A stretch of 64,000 bases of DNA from Eledone cirrhosa. Taxonomy: Eukaryota. The stretch lies in the NCBI GenBank assembly GCA_964016885.1, contig OZ024759.1, forward strand, positions 15,004,001 through 15,068,000, in the 5' to 3' direction. How positions within the stretch are numbered: the first letter of the stretch is position 1; each line of letters starts with the position of its first letter. Both the position numbers and the translations under genes were made by a program. Shown in pieces: positions 27,094 through 40,971 of this stretch. The notes beneath the pieces are model-generated. The model did no database searches, was not told the origin of the DNA, and saw only the letters and a list, made by a program, of their open reading frames with translations.

Positions 27094-27682
27094 CTAGCAG
27101 TGGTACCCGGCGTTGCACGGGATAAGGTATTTTGGAACGCAGGCCGCCAACAGACCTAATCGTGGAAAAACTGCATGCCTGGACAATATGTAAAGAAAAT
27201 AAACCGAATACGCTGGTGGCTGGATAATCTTTAAGATTGTCCTCGATGAAGCAAGAAAAAGGCAGGTTTTCACCTAATGCGGGCCCTAGGGGATGAATTT
27301 TTTTATATGCATATTATGCCTTGAAATTTCGGGAAAATCAGCTAGACGTCACGCCTCAAAGAAGCCCTAAAAAGCTGAAAAAATGAAGTTTTTCACCTAA
27401 TGGGGGCCTAGGCCATAAAAAGGTTGGATTTTCTTTGCTTACCGTATGTGACTGACTAATACATAGTTACAATTTCAAGGAAATCTGTCTGACGTAACGC
27501 CTCAAAAAAATCTAAAAAGCTGAAAAAACGCGGTTTTTCACCTAATGCGGGCCCTATGGGATCAAAAAGTTGAATTTTTAATGTGCATAACACTCCCTGA
27601 AACATACGTATACACATGTAAAGTTTGAAAAAGTCGGTTGGGTACTTCTCAAGTTTTAGGGATTCACACACACACACATACA

Positions 27683-27735
<53 letters not shown>

Positions 27736-27776
27736 ACACACACACACACACACATCCTCAGTTTTATATATATAGA
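27094..27776 (-). mobile_element. Non-autonomous Helitron-like element
   Basis: A|TCTATATAT 5' end, internal (GT)n, three internal repeats TTTTCACCTAATGNGGGCCCTA, 3' hairpin CCCGTGCAACGCCGGG then CTAG|T. Confidence 0.8.
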
Positions 27777-28347
27777 TTACTTAATAGCTTCTCTTTCAAA
27801 AAAATTGTTCTTCGTTTTACTCCTGACAGAGTCGTAGTCGGCGTTTCTTGGACATTTTACACCTGGCGGAGCCCATCCCTCTCCAAGCCTGAATACAACA
27901 GATTTCTTCCAGAGAAAGATAGAAAGTGAGAGAGAGGGAGTGAGAAAGAAATATAGAGGAAGAATCGATCCCTAGTACTAGACTGGTACTTTTGTGTCGA
28001 CCTCGAAAGGATTAGAGGCAAAGTTGACTTCGGTGGGATTCCCTACTATAACAAGCGTTAAACTAATATATTTCTTCATTGGTCTATGTAGTTTCCTTTG
28101 TTGTTTCTGTTTATAACATTAATTCACCGTCTAACCATGCATCTAACACACTAAACATTAAGTCTTGCTCTTTTTAGCCCCGCTTTGAAAAATAGATACT
28201 GTGGTACATCATGGAACTACCTGTTACGATGAGAGTGCACGTGTCTGTCGAATGTTCAACCACTTGCACGTTACTTTTATGAGCGTGCTTTTCTGTTGAT
28301 AGAATCAGTTGGAACGCTTTTCAACATAACTGATGGAAACCCAACAA

Positions 28348-28396
<49 letters not shown>

Positions 28397-28496
28397 TTAT
28401 TTTGCCGACTGAACATGTATCTATACTTCTTTAAGATAGAGATTCAAGGTAAATTGGCGGGAATATGAATTTACTAAGCACACAGGTTGTATGTAT

Positions 28497-28532
28497 CTTC
28501 TTCTGGTTTTGTAATTTTATAAATGTTTACTA

Positions 28533-28585
<53 letters not shown>

Positions 28586-28780
28586 TTCTAACATAGACAC
28601 AAGACTCTCTCGTTGGAATTTAAACAACATCAACTAGGTAGATATGCATGCATGCAGACATGCATGCATGTGGGTGCAGGTATGGATGTAATTGTATGTG
28701 TGGATGTGGATGTTTTGAGTTATATGTGTACATGTGCATATGCTTTCTATCTGTACATGTGTACATGCAGTTATAAGATG
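28497..28780 (-). mobile_element. RLE-type LINE 3'UTR copy with internally expanded (AG)n
   Basis: Reverse complement matches 52440-52650. Confidence 0.85.
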
Positions 28781-29533
28781 CAGTGATGGAGTCGTAAGGG
28801 CACTGTAGTGGCATACCGTTTTTCTAGAACATTTAAAGCCTGACTGGGCCCATTCCTTCGGCAGGTTTGAACACAGAAGATTTCTTCCAGAGAAGGATAA
28901 AAATGAGAGAGAATGTGAGAAAGAGAGATAGAGGAAGAATCGAGCCTAGTGGTTGGCTGGTACATTTTTCATCGACCTCAAAAGAATGAAAGGTAAACTA
29001 CACATCCCTTCGGTATTTAAACTCATAGAGCAGAGACCCCGGAACTGATACAATACAGCATTCTTTCTGTCAATTCACCGCCGCAGTCCACCTCTGACTA
29101 AACAATAAACAAATAGAATAAACACACACCACAACGACCACTACTACAACTACATCACATACACAAGTGTTTTGAAAGGAAACCATCGTAAAAATAAGGT
29201 TAAGAATATGTTAATATTGACCCCTTAAGCATTTAACAATGAAAAGAATTTCTAGTGAAAATCGGTATATTTGTTGATATGAATAAGTCAACAATAGGTG
29301 AGTGTATGTTTTTCAATTTGTCACATACTACAACAGACTGTCACGTACCTACATACAAACATGTCAGATTTTCCTACATAATAAATCTTCTTTACTAATG
29401 GGACACATAATCATATAAATAATAAATGATATATATATATGTATGTGTGTGTATGTGTGTGTGTATATATATATATATATGTGTGTGTGTGTATTCATAT
29501 ATACACTTATAGACACACATACATATGTGCGTG

Positions 29534-29564
<31 letters not shown>

Positions 29565-29611
29565 GTGTGTGTGTGTACATGTGGATTTGTGTGTGCGTGC
29601 GTGTGTCTGTG

Positions 29612-29682
<71 letters not shown>

Positions 29683-29865
29683 CTATGTGAGTGTGCATAT
29701 GTGTGTGTGTGTGCGTTTGTTTGTGCATGTGTGTGTGTGTGCATGCTGGCGTATATATGTATATATGTGGTTACATGTGCGTCGTACCGACACATGTTTA
29801 CAATAACATTATCAGAAATAATCAAATGAGACACGCAAAGACCCACGCCTACGTACACTCGCCAA

Positions 29866-29897
<32 letters not shown>

Positions 29898-30293
29898 ATA
29901 CACATGTACACACACTAACGCACATCACCCATCCATACAGATACAGATACATTTATACAAATACATACATAAATGTAATTGTTATCTTGTTCTACGTAGA
30001 ATTATTATATATTGAAATCTAATTGGCAGGAAATTCTCACCATGTTTGCCCCGCGGCGACAGGTTTGTAGAATGGTGATAAAAAATATTATTCCGAACAT
30101 CAATCAAAGACATGAATAGTGGGAAGAATTATCTCAGAAAAAAAAAGTAATAAAAGACTAACTACAGAAGAAGATGGGAAGAAAACTTAGGAACGGAATT
30201 CTACAAACACTGAAGACAAAACTATCCACGCCTGAGAAACATGAAGATGTAATTCGTTCTACTGCAATAGAAATAAAAGAGGAAAATGGAAAA

Positions 30294-30677
30294 TAATTGT
30301 TTCTACTTTTGGCACAAGGCCAGCAATTATTCCCAGTGCATTACTGGTACTTTATTTTATCGACCCCGTAAGGATGAAAGGCAAAGTTACCCTCGGCAGG
30401 ATTTGAACTCAGAATGGCAAGGGCCATAACTCTGTGCGTCAAAGCATGGCGTCCGACCCTCTACCGATACTGCCAATCCATCATGGAAAATAATTGTTTC
30501 TACTTTAGGCACAAGGCCAGCAAATTACCCAGTGTATTACTGGTACTTTATTTTATCGACCCCGTAAGGATGAAAGGCAAAGTCAACCTCGGCGGGATTT
30601 GAACTCAGATCGTAAAGGGACGTAACTATACTGGAAATCATGGCGTCCGACCCTCTACCGATACTGCCAATCCACCA
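30294..30677 (-). mobile_element. Two tandem tRNA/Deu(Nin)-domain SINE copies
   Basis: Two full units; ATGGAAAATAAT recurs at the unit borders. Confidence 0.9.
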
Positions 30678-30709
30678 ACCATGGAAAATAATGGGAACAA
30701 GACACTCTC

Positions 30710-31360
30710 AAATCGGACCAGGGAAGTAATGTTTCCATTGGTCTTTCCATTGCTGATAGTATCTGCTGATTATTAGACTGGACCAGGGAAACAATGTTTC
30801 CAATGATCTTTTCATTGCTAATATCTAATAGTTGTTACATCGGACCAGGGACACGATGTTTCCATTGTTATTTCCATTGCTGATATCTGGTAGTTGTTAT
30901 ATCGGACCAGGCAAACAATGCTTCCATTGGTCTTTTCATTGTTGATATTTGGCAGTTGTTAGATTGGACCAGGGAAACAATGTTTCCATAGCAGTCTTTT
31001 CATTGCTAATATCTATTAGTGGTTAGATCGGACCAGGGAAACAATGTTTCCATTGGTCTTTCCATTGCTAATATTTAATAGTTGTTAGGTCGGACCAGAG
31101 AAACAGTGTTTCCATTTATTTTTCCACTGCTGATACCTGGTAGTTGTTATATTGGACCAGGGAAACAGTGTTTCCATTGGTCTTTTCATCACTGAAACTA
31201 TTTGCTTGTTATTAGATCGGACTAAGGAAACAATGTTTCCATTGGTCTTTTCATTGCTGATAATATCAGATGGTCATCTGATTGTACCGAGGGAACAATG
31301 TTTCCATTGATATTTTCATTTCGGATACTATCTGTCTATTAGATCGGACCAAGGAAACAT
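30710..31360. repeat. ~63-bp minisatellite, ~11 units, derived from the CORE-SINE tail
   Basis: TCGGACCAGGGAAACAATGTTTCCATTGGTCTTT units; single copies occur in SINE tails at ~17380 and ~63520. Confidence 0.9.
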
Positions 31361-32128
31361 CCTATGTGTGTGTGTACCGCGTGAGTTTCTTTACGTGGCT
31401 TTACAATAACTAGGTTAATCATTTAAACAGTTATTTGTTTAAATAAGATGCTCGTATTTTCGAACAGTTCATGGTCACTTCTTTTGAGAAAAGGGAAAGA
31501 ACGCCTTACGTTTCCTAATTTAAGTGGCGCATAAATTCTTATATAGGCGCATCCAAATGCCAACACCATTAATATGAAGTAATATAAAGTAAAATTGAGA
31601 TTTCTTTTTTTCGTTTCTTTCCTTTTTATTAATGCGTTGAAAATATTTCACATTATAACTGCAGTAATAATTATTTTAAACATATTTTAAATTAAGATTC
31701 AACGAGATTATTATAGTTTGAAAGTCGGTTAATACATTTTTCGACTTGGTTAATAGAATTGTCAATTCGTTTTACTTCTTCACTAATGCAGTATTTTAAA
31801 AATCTCTTGGAGGGTTTACTTCAAAAGTCTATCTTGCTTCCGCAATATTTCCTACCACGTGATTAATATTTTTTTTCCTTTCTCTCAAATTCAAACTCAT
31901 GTAAATTTAATGTGATATATATATTGATTTTCTTTAGTTTCTAAATTATTTTTTATATATATATATTTATTTACTTCATTACAAAAACACTGAATTTGAA
32001 TTTGAATACCTGTAACCGTTTCTCTGTATATTTATATATTAAACTTAGTTTGTTCCGTCTAGCAACATACATATATACATACACACATGCATATATATAC
32101 ACCCACATGCATACATACACATACACAC

Positions 32129-32165
<37 letters not shown>

Positions 32166-32199
32166 TAGATAGATACATATATATATATATATATATGTA

Positions 32200-32274
<75 letters not shown>

Positions 32275-32739
32275 TTTCTACACCCACACACATATATTCA
32301 GACAAAGATATATACACATACACACAAACATTACATATATATATAGACCTGGGGAGGGGGGAGATGGGCTCCACCAGGTCTTTAAAAAATGCCGCAGAAA
32401 CACTGTATGCAACTATGGCGTCCCTACGACATCCTAAGGAATTGGGGGTCCAACACACGTACATATAGATGTGTGTTTGTGTATGTGCGTATTAGCATAT
32501 AACAAACATACGACTGATTTCAAGCTTTCAGTCCTTTATTAGAACTTTCTCGTATTTTTCAGAGCGAGGTGAGGATCTTAAACTGAGCGACGTACTATAA
32601 GAAGACTACAGTAGAATTTGAACTCAGAACACAAAGGGCCGCATCATATACTGCATTTCCTCCTTGGAGGCTCTACCACCAGCTACGTCAGCCGAAATGT
32701 GTAGCATTGTTGTTGTTGTTGTTGCTGTTATTGTATCTC

Positions 32740-33080
32740 CCCTCTCACTAGACACCTTTTATCAGGCACATGTACCTCTCCACTCCCTTGACACCCTTCA
32801 TCGAGCACACAAGCCTCTCCCGTCCCTGGACACCCTTTATCTTGCACAAGTACCTCTGCCCTCCTGGAGACCCTTCATATTGCACGCGACCCTCTCCCCT
32901 CCCTGGGCACCATATTGCACAAGTACCTCTCCACCCACAGGGCACCTTTCATTTGGCACACGAACCTCTCCCTCCGTGGCCACCCTTTATCTTGCACACG
33001 TAACTCTCCACCCACAGGGTACCTTTCATTTGGCACACAAGACTCTCCCCTCCCTGGACATTCTTCATCTGGCAAACCTA
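32740..33080. repeat. ~39-bp minisatellite
   Basis: GCACAAGTACCTCTCCNCTCCCTGGACACCCTTTATCTT-like units, about 8-9 copies. Confidence 0.85.
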
Positions 33081-33619
33081 TGATCAAAGACATTTTAGAT
33101 GTGACGTGAAACACGTCACCTTTTTTTTTAGACAGTGCAAAGTACCAGTTATATATTAAGGTTAATCTCATCGTAGTTCAATTTCAAACACATTTTATAC
33201 TTTGTGCTAGATACCAATATCATCATGACAACACCACCACTATTACCATCCCAACATGACCACCACTACCACCACCTTCCATCAATAAAGTCCAACAAAG
33301 GAAAGATTTATTTTACACAGACATACTAAACCCCATTAAATCACAGAAGTCAGCCATTGTGGGTTTGTGTTTAGGTTGTTGTTTTATTTAGGCCAGGAGG
33401 AGTGGCAAAGAGAGGTTTGAGTAATGAGCGAAAGGTGAAGTATGAGGATTAAATAGTGTGGCTGGAGTGAAGGTGGAGGGAGGTGGAGTGAAGGTGGAGT
33501 GAAGGGGGAATGTGAGAAGTGATGAGGCGCGAGGTTAGAGTATATATATATATATGTATATATGTACACACATGTACGTGTCAGTATATATATGTATACA
33601 AACTCGTACGAACACACAC

Positions 33620-33716
<97 letters not shown>

Positions 33717-33758
33717 TACAAACTCGCATGAACACACACCTGTATATGCGTGTGTATG

Positions 33759-33805
<47 letters not shown>

Positions 33806-34455
33806 CCATGCATACATACAATAAATGAAGTAAACACAAACATACACACATACATAAACATTAATTTGTCTACCCATACGCATAACTAAAATCTAAGATA
33901 ACAAACATCATACATACATACATACATACATACATTCATACGTACATACACACACACATACAGTCAATGCCCACTCATGCCAATACAGTACCAAATAAAG
34001 ATGCAATGTCTTCACATATTAAACCACACACAGAGATACATGCTGACAAATATATTCACACATATAATGAATCATACGCACCTACACGCTCTCATATACA
34101 TATGCGGGCGAACAGTATCCACGCAACATTTCTATTCATCATTCCAGCCGCCATAAATGTCGCATATCATTCCAGTTGCGTGCAGCGACATTTACTGACA
34201 TCTAACGACAAATTGGAAAACTAAAATCTTGATAGACCTGCGTTGGCTTTAAACGCTTGCTTATAAATCACATATATAATAGACATGGTACGTGGTTAAA
34301 AACGTTAGCGTCACAACGACGTTATTTCAGGGCTTGTGCCCGTGCCAGCTAAGGTACATTGGCGGCCGTCTCTGAACATTCGTTTTCAAGGGAGATCATC
34401 ATAATATTTTGTGTCGGCGCCCTAAATCAAGAAAATTAAATTCTTTCAGGGCGTT

Positions 34456-34503
<48 letters not shown>

Positions 34504-34726
34504 ACACTACGGCTTAATACGGGATGTTTGTTTACAAACACACCGAGCATTACAATAAATGTTTGGTGAATCCATACGTACATATATATATGTGTGCATG
34601 TATGTATGTATATATATATATATACTACTGTACGTCTGTATACATATATGCATGTACGTATACATACTTATATTTAAGTAGCAGCCGTCCTAAGAGTGGG
34701 AAATGAAACTTCGTTTCATTTTATCC

Positions 34727-34831
<105 letters not shown>

Positions 34832-34914
34832 AAGTTTTATTTAAATTGTTGGGTTACAACTAGTAAATATTTATAACTGATATAAAAGCACTCAACAAGT
34901 ATTTGGAGTATATT

Positions 34915-35268
34915 TACGATATTAAATAAATGGAAACTATATTTATAAAACCATATTTATTTCATTATATATATTTCAGGGATATCATATTAACAATATG
35001 CTATGCCTTCCTCAGACAAAATACAATATAGACAGTTTTATAGATAAATAGATTTGACATACCGTTCAACATCGACTTGTATTTGAAAATCAACTTTTTC
35101 AAATACAAGTCGATGTTGAACGGTATGTCAAATCTATTTATCTATAAAACTGTCTATATTGTATTTTGTCTGAGGAAGGCATAACATATTGTTAATATGA
35201 TATCCCTGAAATATATATAATGAAATAAATATGGTTTTATAAATATAGTTTCCATTTATTTAATATCG

Positions 35269-35270
<2 letters not shown>
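34915..35270. mobile_element. Near-perfect palindrome (175-bp arms, 6-nt loop) of a hammerhead-bearing Penelope-like repeat
   Basis: 34915-35089 versus 35096-35270, one mismatch seen; hammerheads at 34958-35023 (-) and 35162-35227 (+) with CTGAGGA core. Confidence 0.9.
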
Positions 35271-35301
<31 letters not shown>

Positions 35302-35363
35302 GTATGTGTGTGTGTGTGTATGTGTGTGTGTGAATAATCAATACAAAGACTAAAATCTAAAGA

Positions 35364-35408
<45 letters not shown>

Positions 35409-37020
35409 TATATAGATATATATATATATATACGTGTGTGTGTAAGAATGTATATATGTACTCTATTTTCTAAATCTAACGATGCACAATAGGATTATAG
35501 GTGGGAAGGGCTAAGTGCCTTCCTGTGACCCGACAAACCAACAGCCCAACCCCCACCTTCTCATCGCGAAATCCAACACCACCGCCACCGACACCCCTGC
35601 CATCTCTGGCGACGGGGCCGATGTAGGAATGAAAGATAACAGTCATAAACTTCGAGAAAGAGTTAAGAGTTAATTGTTCAAATAATCTGATAGAATAATC
35701 TATTATTTGTGTTCAACAGTTATATTGTTTGCTTCTGGTCATCATGTTGCTTATTGCTGACATATTTTATCTAGAAATCTAATCCTTTTCAGATATGGAC
35801 AGTGAGTTTCTTAAAGAATTTATTTGTTTTCGTATGGTTTGTTTGTTGTTGTTTGTTGTTTTGTGTGGGGGGGGGGTTGTGTGTGTGTGTATGTGTGTGT
35901 GTGTGTGTTTTTTTTTTTTCTTCTTATATCAGAGAAATGAAAAGTGGAAGGTGATTAAAAGCACTAAACCAACATTTAAATAGAAATACATTCAGAGACA
36001 TTACGAACTAATAATAATAATAATAATAATAATGTTGATGATGATGATGGTGATATATAAAGACACACATACATACATACATGCAAACATACAGACACAT
36101 ACATATATATATATATATATATGTGTGTGTATATATATTCACAGACATATATATGTACATATACATTATATGTACATATACATGTATGTACATTTATATA
36201 CATATATGTATATACATGTATATATATACATATATACATTTATGTACATATATGTATATACATATATACACATATATACATATATATACAAATATATATT
36301 TATATACATATATGTGTGGATATATATATATATATATATATACATATGTGTGTATATTGATATACATATATACACATTTATATACATATATACATAAGTG
36401 TATATATGAATATACATATATACACATATATATATACATATATATACATATATACCTATGTGTATATATGAATATATATATATACACATATATTCATATA
36501 TATATATAAATATATATATATGTGTATATATGAATATACATATATACACATATATACATATATACATGTGTGTATATATGTATACATGTACATATATACA
36601 CATATATACATACATTATATATATATATATATACCTTGTCTTTAAAACTAGTCGTTTTGTTCCATACAAAGCTTGAGAGATTTCTGCCTTCTTTTCTTTC
36701 TATGGAAATATATATATATATATATATATTCTTTATATATATATTATATATATATATATTACATATATGTGCTGCCCTGTTATATGAAGTGTGACGTAAT
36801 TCGCTGCTAGATGCGAATAAATGCTTTTTTATCGGTACATTACAACTTTGAAAGTGGATGTATATGTGTGAATGTATATATATATATATGTGTGTGTGTG
36901 CGTGTATACATACATGTTTGTATATATATACCCATATGTATGCATCTATATATATATATATATATATAAATGAATATATATATATGTATATAAATGAATA
37001 TATATATATGTATATAAATG

Positions 37021-37054
<34 letters not shown>

Positions 37055-37157
37055 AATTATATATATATATGTATATAAATGTATATATATATACATATAG
37101 ATATATACATATATACATATATATATATATATACATATATAGATATATATTCACAGA

Positions 37158-37205
<48 letters not shown>

Positions 37206-37618
37206 TATATATACATATATACACAGATATTTATATATATATATATATATATATATGCGTGTGGCGTGGTGTATGTGTGTGTGAATATATATATCTCTAT
37301 ATGCCATCACACATTCACATGTATACTAGATGTGCACATAAATGATTTGGTTTGGTTCGGTTTGGTTTGGTGTAGTGTAGTGTGGTGTGGCGTAGTGCAG
37401 TATACTATAGTGTGGTGTGGTGTGGCGCAGTGTAGTATAGTATGTTGTGGTGTGGTGTGGTGTATAAGTGTCTGTGTACTCTTTACAACGTCTTTGATGC
37501 CTTCTCGACATCACTTCAATATGCAGATTAATTTTCGTTGAGTTTTCACTCACTGAATTTTTTTTTATTTTCTATATTTCAATATACTTGCTACACTTAC
37601 CTCACATTTTCTTAATTC

Positions 37619-37705
<87 letters not shown>

Positions 37706-37728
37706 ACATATATATACATATATTAATA

Positions 37729-37794
<66 letters not shown>

Positions 37795-38116
37795 TGTGCA
37801 TATATATATGCATATATATATATGCATATATTAATATGCATATATATATATATATATATGAATACATTTATATATATATGCATATAAATATATATATATG
37901 AATACATTTATATATATATGCATATATATATAAATATGTGAATACATTTATATATATATGCATATATATATAAATATGTGAATACATTTATATATATATG
38001 CATATAAATATATATATATATGAATACATTTATATATATGTATGCATATATATATATGTGAATACATTAATATATATATGCATATATATATATATGAATA
38101 CATTTATATATATATA

Positions 38117-38264
<148 letters not shown>

Positions 38265-38275
38265 TATGCATATAC

Positions 38276-38315
<40 letters not shown>

Positions 38316-38978
38316 AGGTAGGAGTTTCTACTATATTTTTAGCATTCAGCGCAGTTACAGTTGTGTCTTTGATATTTTTGACATTATTATTTTATACCAT
38401 TTTATATATTTTACTATTTCTTTAGAAACAACTTTTTATACAAGATTTTTTCATATTTTTCTTTAGATATTTGCTCATTTTTTTACTCAGATTCTTTTGC
38501 AATTTTTTTTTTTGTTAGTGAGGGGCGGGGGGCTAAGAGTAGGTGGCGGGGGGCTCTCTCTATGTTCTCGATATGTATATGTAGATGTATTGTGCTTAAC
38601 ACATAGGTACCTATACGGGACTGTACACATTCATTGACGTTAATAGATAGTATAAAGGAATCATTACTTATAGATGTTATACATATATATGTATATATAT
38701 GTGTGTGTGTGTGCGTGCGTGTATATATATATATAACATACATATATACATATTTTCATGTTACTATAAAATACATATGTACATGTTCACCTATATAATT
38801 TGTATGCATAAACATTTGCATATAATTGTATAAGTAACTGCTACGCCTACATATATATGCTTGTAACTATGTATGTCTATATACATATATATGCATATAT
38901 ATATATACATACATATATGTATGTGTGTACATGTATATCTATATATATGTATACAAATATATATATATATATATGTAC

Positions 38979-39084
<106 letters not shown>

Positions 39085-39467
39085 CGTATGATATATATAT
39101 ATGAGTATGATATATGGGAATATATTAAGAAAGAAGGTTCTGGTATCCTGAGGTGTTTGAAATCTTTGAAAGCTTCCAGCTATTGTTCACTTCGCTATCA
39201 ATGTCTATTAGGCGAAAGAAATAGTGCATCTTGTATATACGTGTGTGTATGTATGGATATATATATATACACACACATATATATATATACACACACACAT
39301 ATATATATATACACACATATATATATATATACACAAATGTATACATATATATGTATATATATATAGAGAGAGACATAGATATACGCACACATATATATAT
39401 ACATATATATATATAGAGATATATAGATAGATATATACATATATATATATATATAGTTAGATAGATA

Positions 39468-40658
39468 AATTTCTTTATTAGCCACAAGGACACAAAAGAA
39501 GGGGACAAATACAAATGGGGAGTTTACATACAGGTATATGAAAATAAAACTATTAATAAAATAACAAATAACAATTGAAATCCCCAATAGGGGGGAGGCG
39601 TTACACAGGGGTTGTACACACCCCGAAAAAATGTACAACCCTCATCTCCAGGAGTACGAAGAGTTTGTACTCCCTTCCTCTCTTCCTCTTTTTCCTCAAC
39701 CTACAGGCTTATATAGAGAGAAGGTCCAGCCACTCGGCCCATCTTTGCCACATTCACCCACCTTTTGTAAAATTTGCTTGGGTACAGCACCTCTCTCTCC
39801 ATCCTGATTCTTCTTCCAAAATGATATTTGAAAGAACGAATCAGTTGCTCGCCGGAGAAAAAGTTGTCTGACCTCAGTCCTTTTAACCGCGTCCACCATA
39901 TAACCTCTTTCACCATAGCTATAACACATAGGAAAACCGCCTCTCCCTCGTTTTTCAAGGAGGGTGGCGGTTTTGATCATGACAATGGACTCGGTGGTCA
40001 ACTGGATTTGTCCCACCCGCAACAATAGTCGTTCTACATAGCCCCACAGGTCGGTAACGCCCGGACAGTGTACAAATGTTTGCGTGACGGTTTCCTCGTC
40101 GCGCACGCATCTCGGACAGATCTTTTTCGAAGGGGCCCTGCCCGGGCGCCCTTGTTTGTAGAGCTTGTCTCGAACTGGTAGAGCTCCTCGGTAGCACTGC
40201 CAGGGAATTTTGGAAATTGTCCATTGGTCCCGGACGGAAGGTCCTACCGAACAGACTGGCCAGTTCCTCGGAGCGCGTCGTCCCACTTGCTGCGGACCAA
40301 CCCTCTAGAGAATGTCGAAGTGGAGTCTCCACTGATCGCCGGGTCGGTTTGCCAGAGGATTGTGAACGCCTGAGCACATTCGATGTGCCAGTCGCCCATT
40401 TTCCTCGGTCTTTACTTGACCCAGGACTGCAGCTCGGTCAGCGAGACGAGTCGTGGGAAGGCTTGCCTCACGAACGGGGCCCATACCGTTTGTCCGGTGA
40501 GCAATACGTGGAGGTGCCGCAGCCTGAGCGCGTGTTTGCGCATCGTCAGCCACGGCATCCCCAGCCCCCCTCCGTTTGAAGGGTTTTGGCAGCAGATGGA
40601 TCTTCACGCCAAAGAATCCGACCTCTTCCAAAGGAATTGGAAGAGCGCGCGCTCCATT
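39468..40658 (-). mobile_element. 5'-truncated L1/Tx1 copy with 14-bp TSD
   Basis: Close paralog of 40735-41950 with small deletions; TAGTTAGATAGATA duplicated at 39454-39467 and 40659-40672. Confidence 0.95.
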
Positions 40659-40662
40659 TAGT

Positions 40663-40732
<70 letters not shown>

Positions 40733-40971
40733 TATTTCTTTATTAGCCACAGGGGCACAAAAGAAGGGGACAAATACAAAGGGGGAAGTTTACATACAAT
40801 AAAAACGTGTAAAATGTTATCACAGATGGAATTTAAAAGTTAGTCGATTTTCCCCAATAGAGGGAGACAGTTTATATGGGTAACACAGACCCCCGAAAAA
40901 AATGTGCAACCCTCATCTCCAGGAGTACGAAGAGCTTGTACTCCTTTCCTCTCCTCCTCCTTTTCCTCAAC

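Noticed and set aside
34150-34200. Pre-miRNA-like hairpin TAAATGTCGC...GCGACATTTA
   Set aside because: Only ~10 bp of stem and no recognisable miRNA sequence
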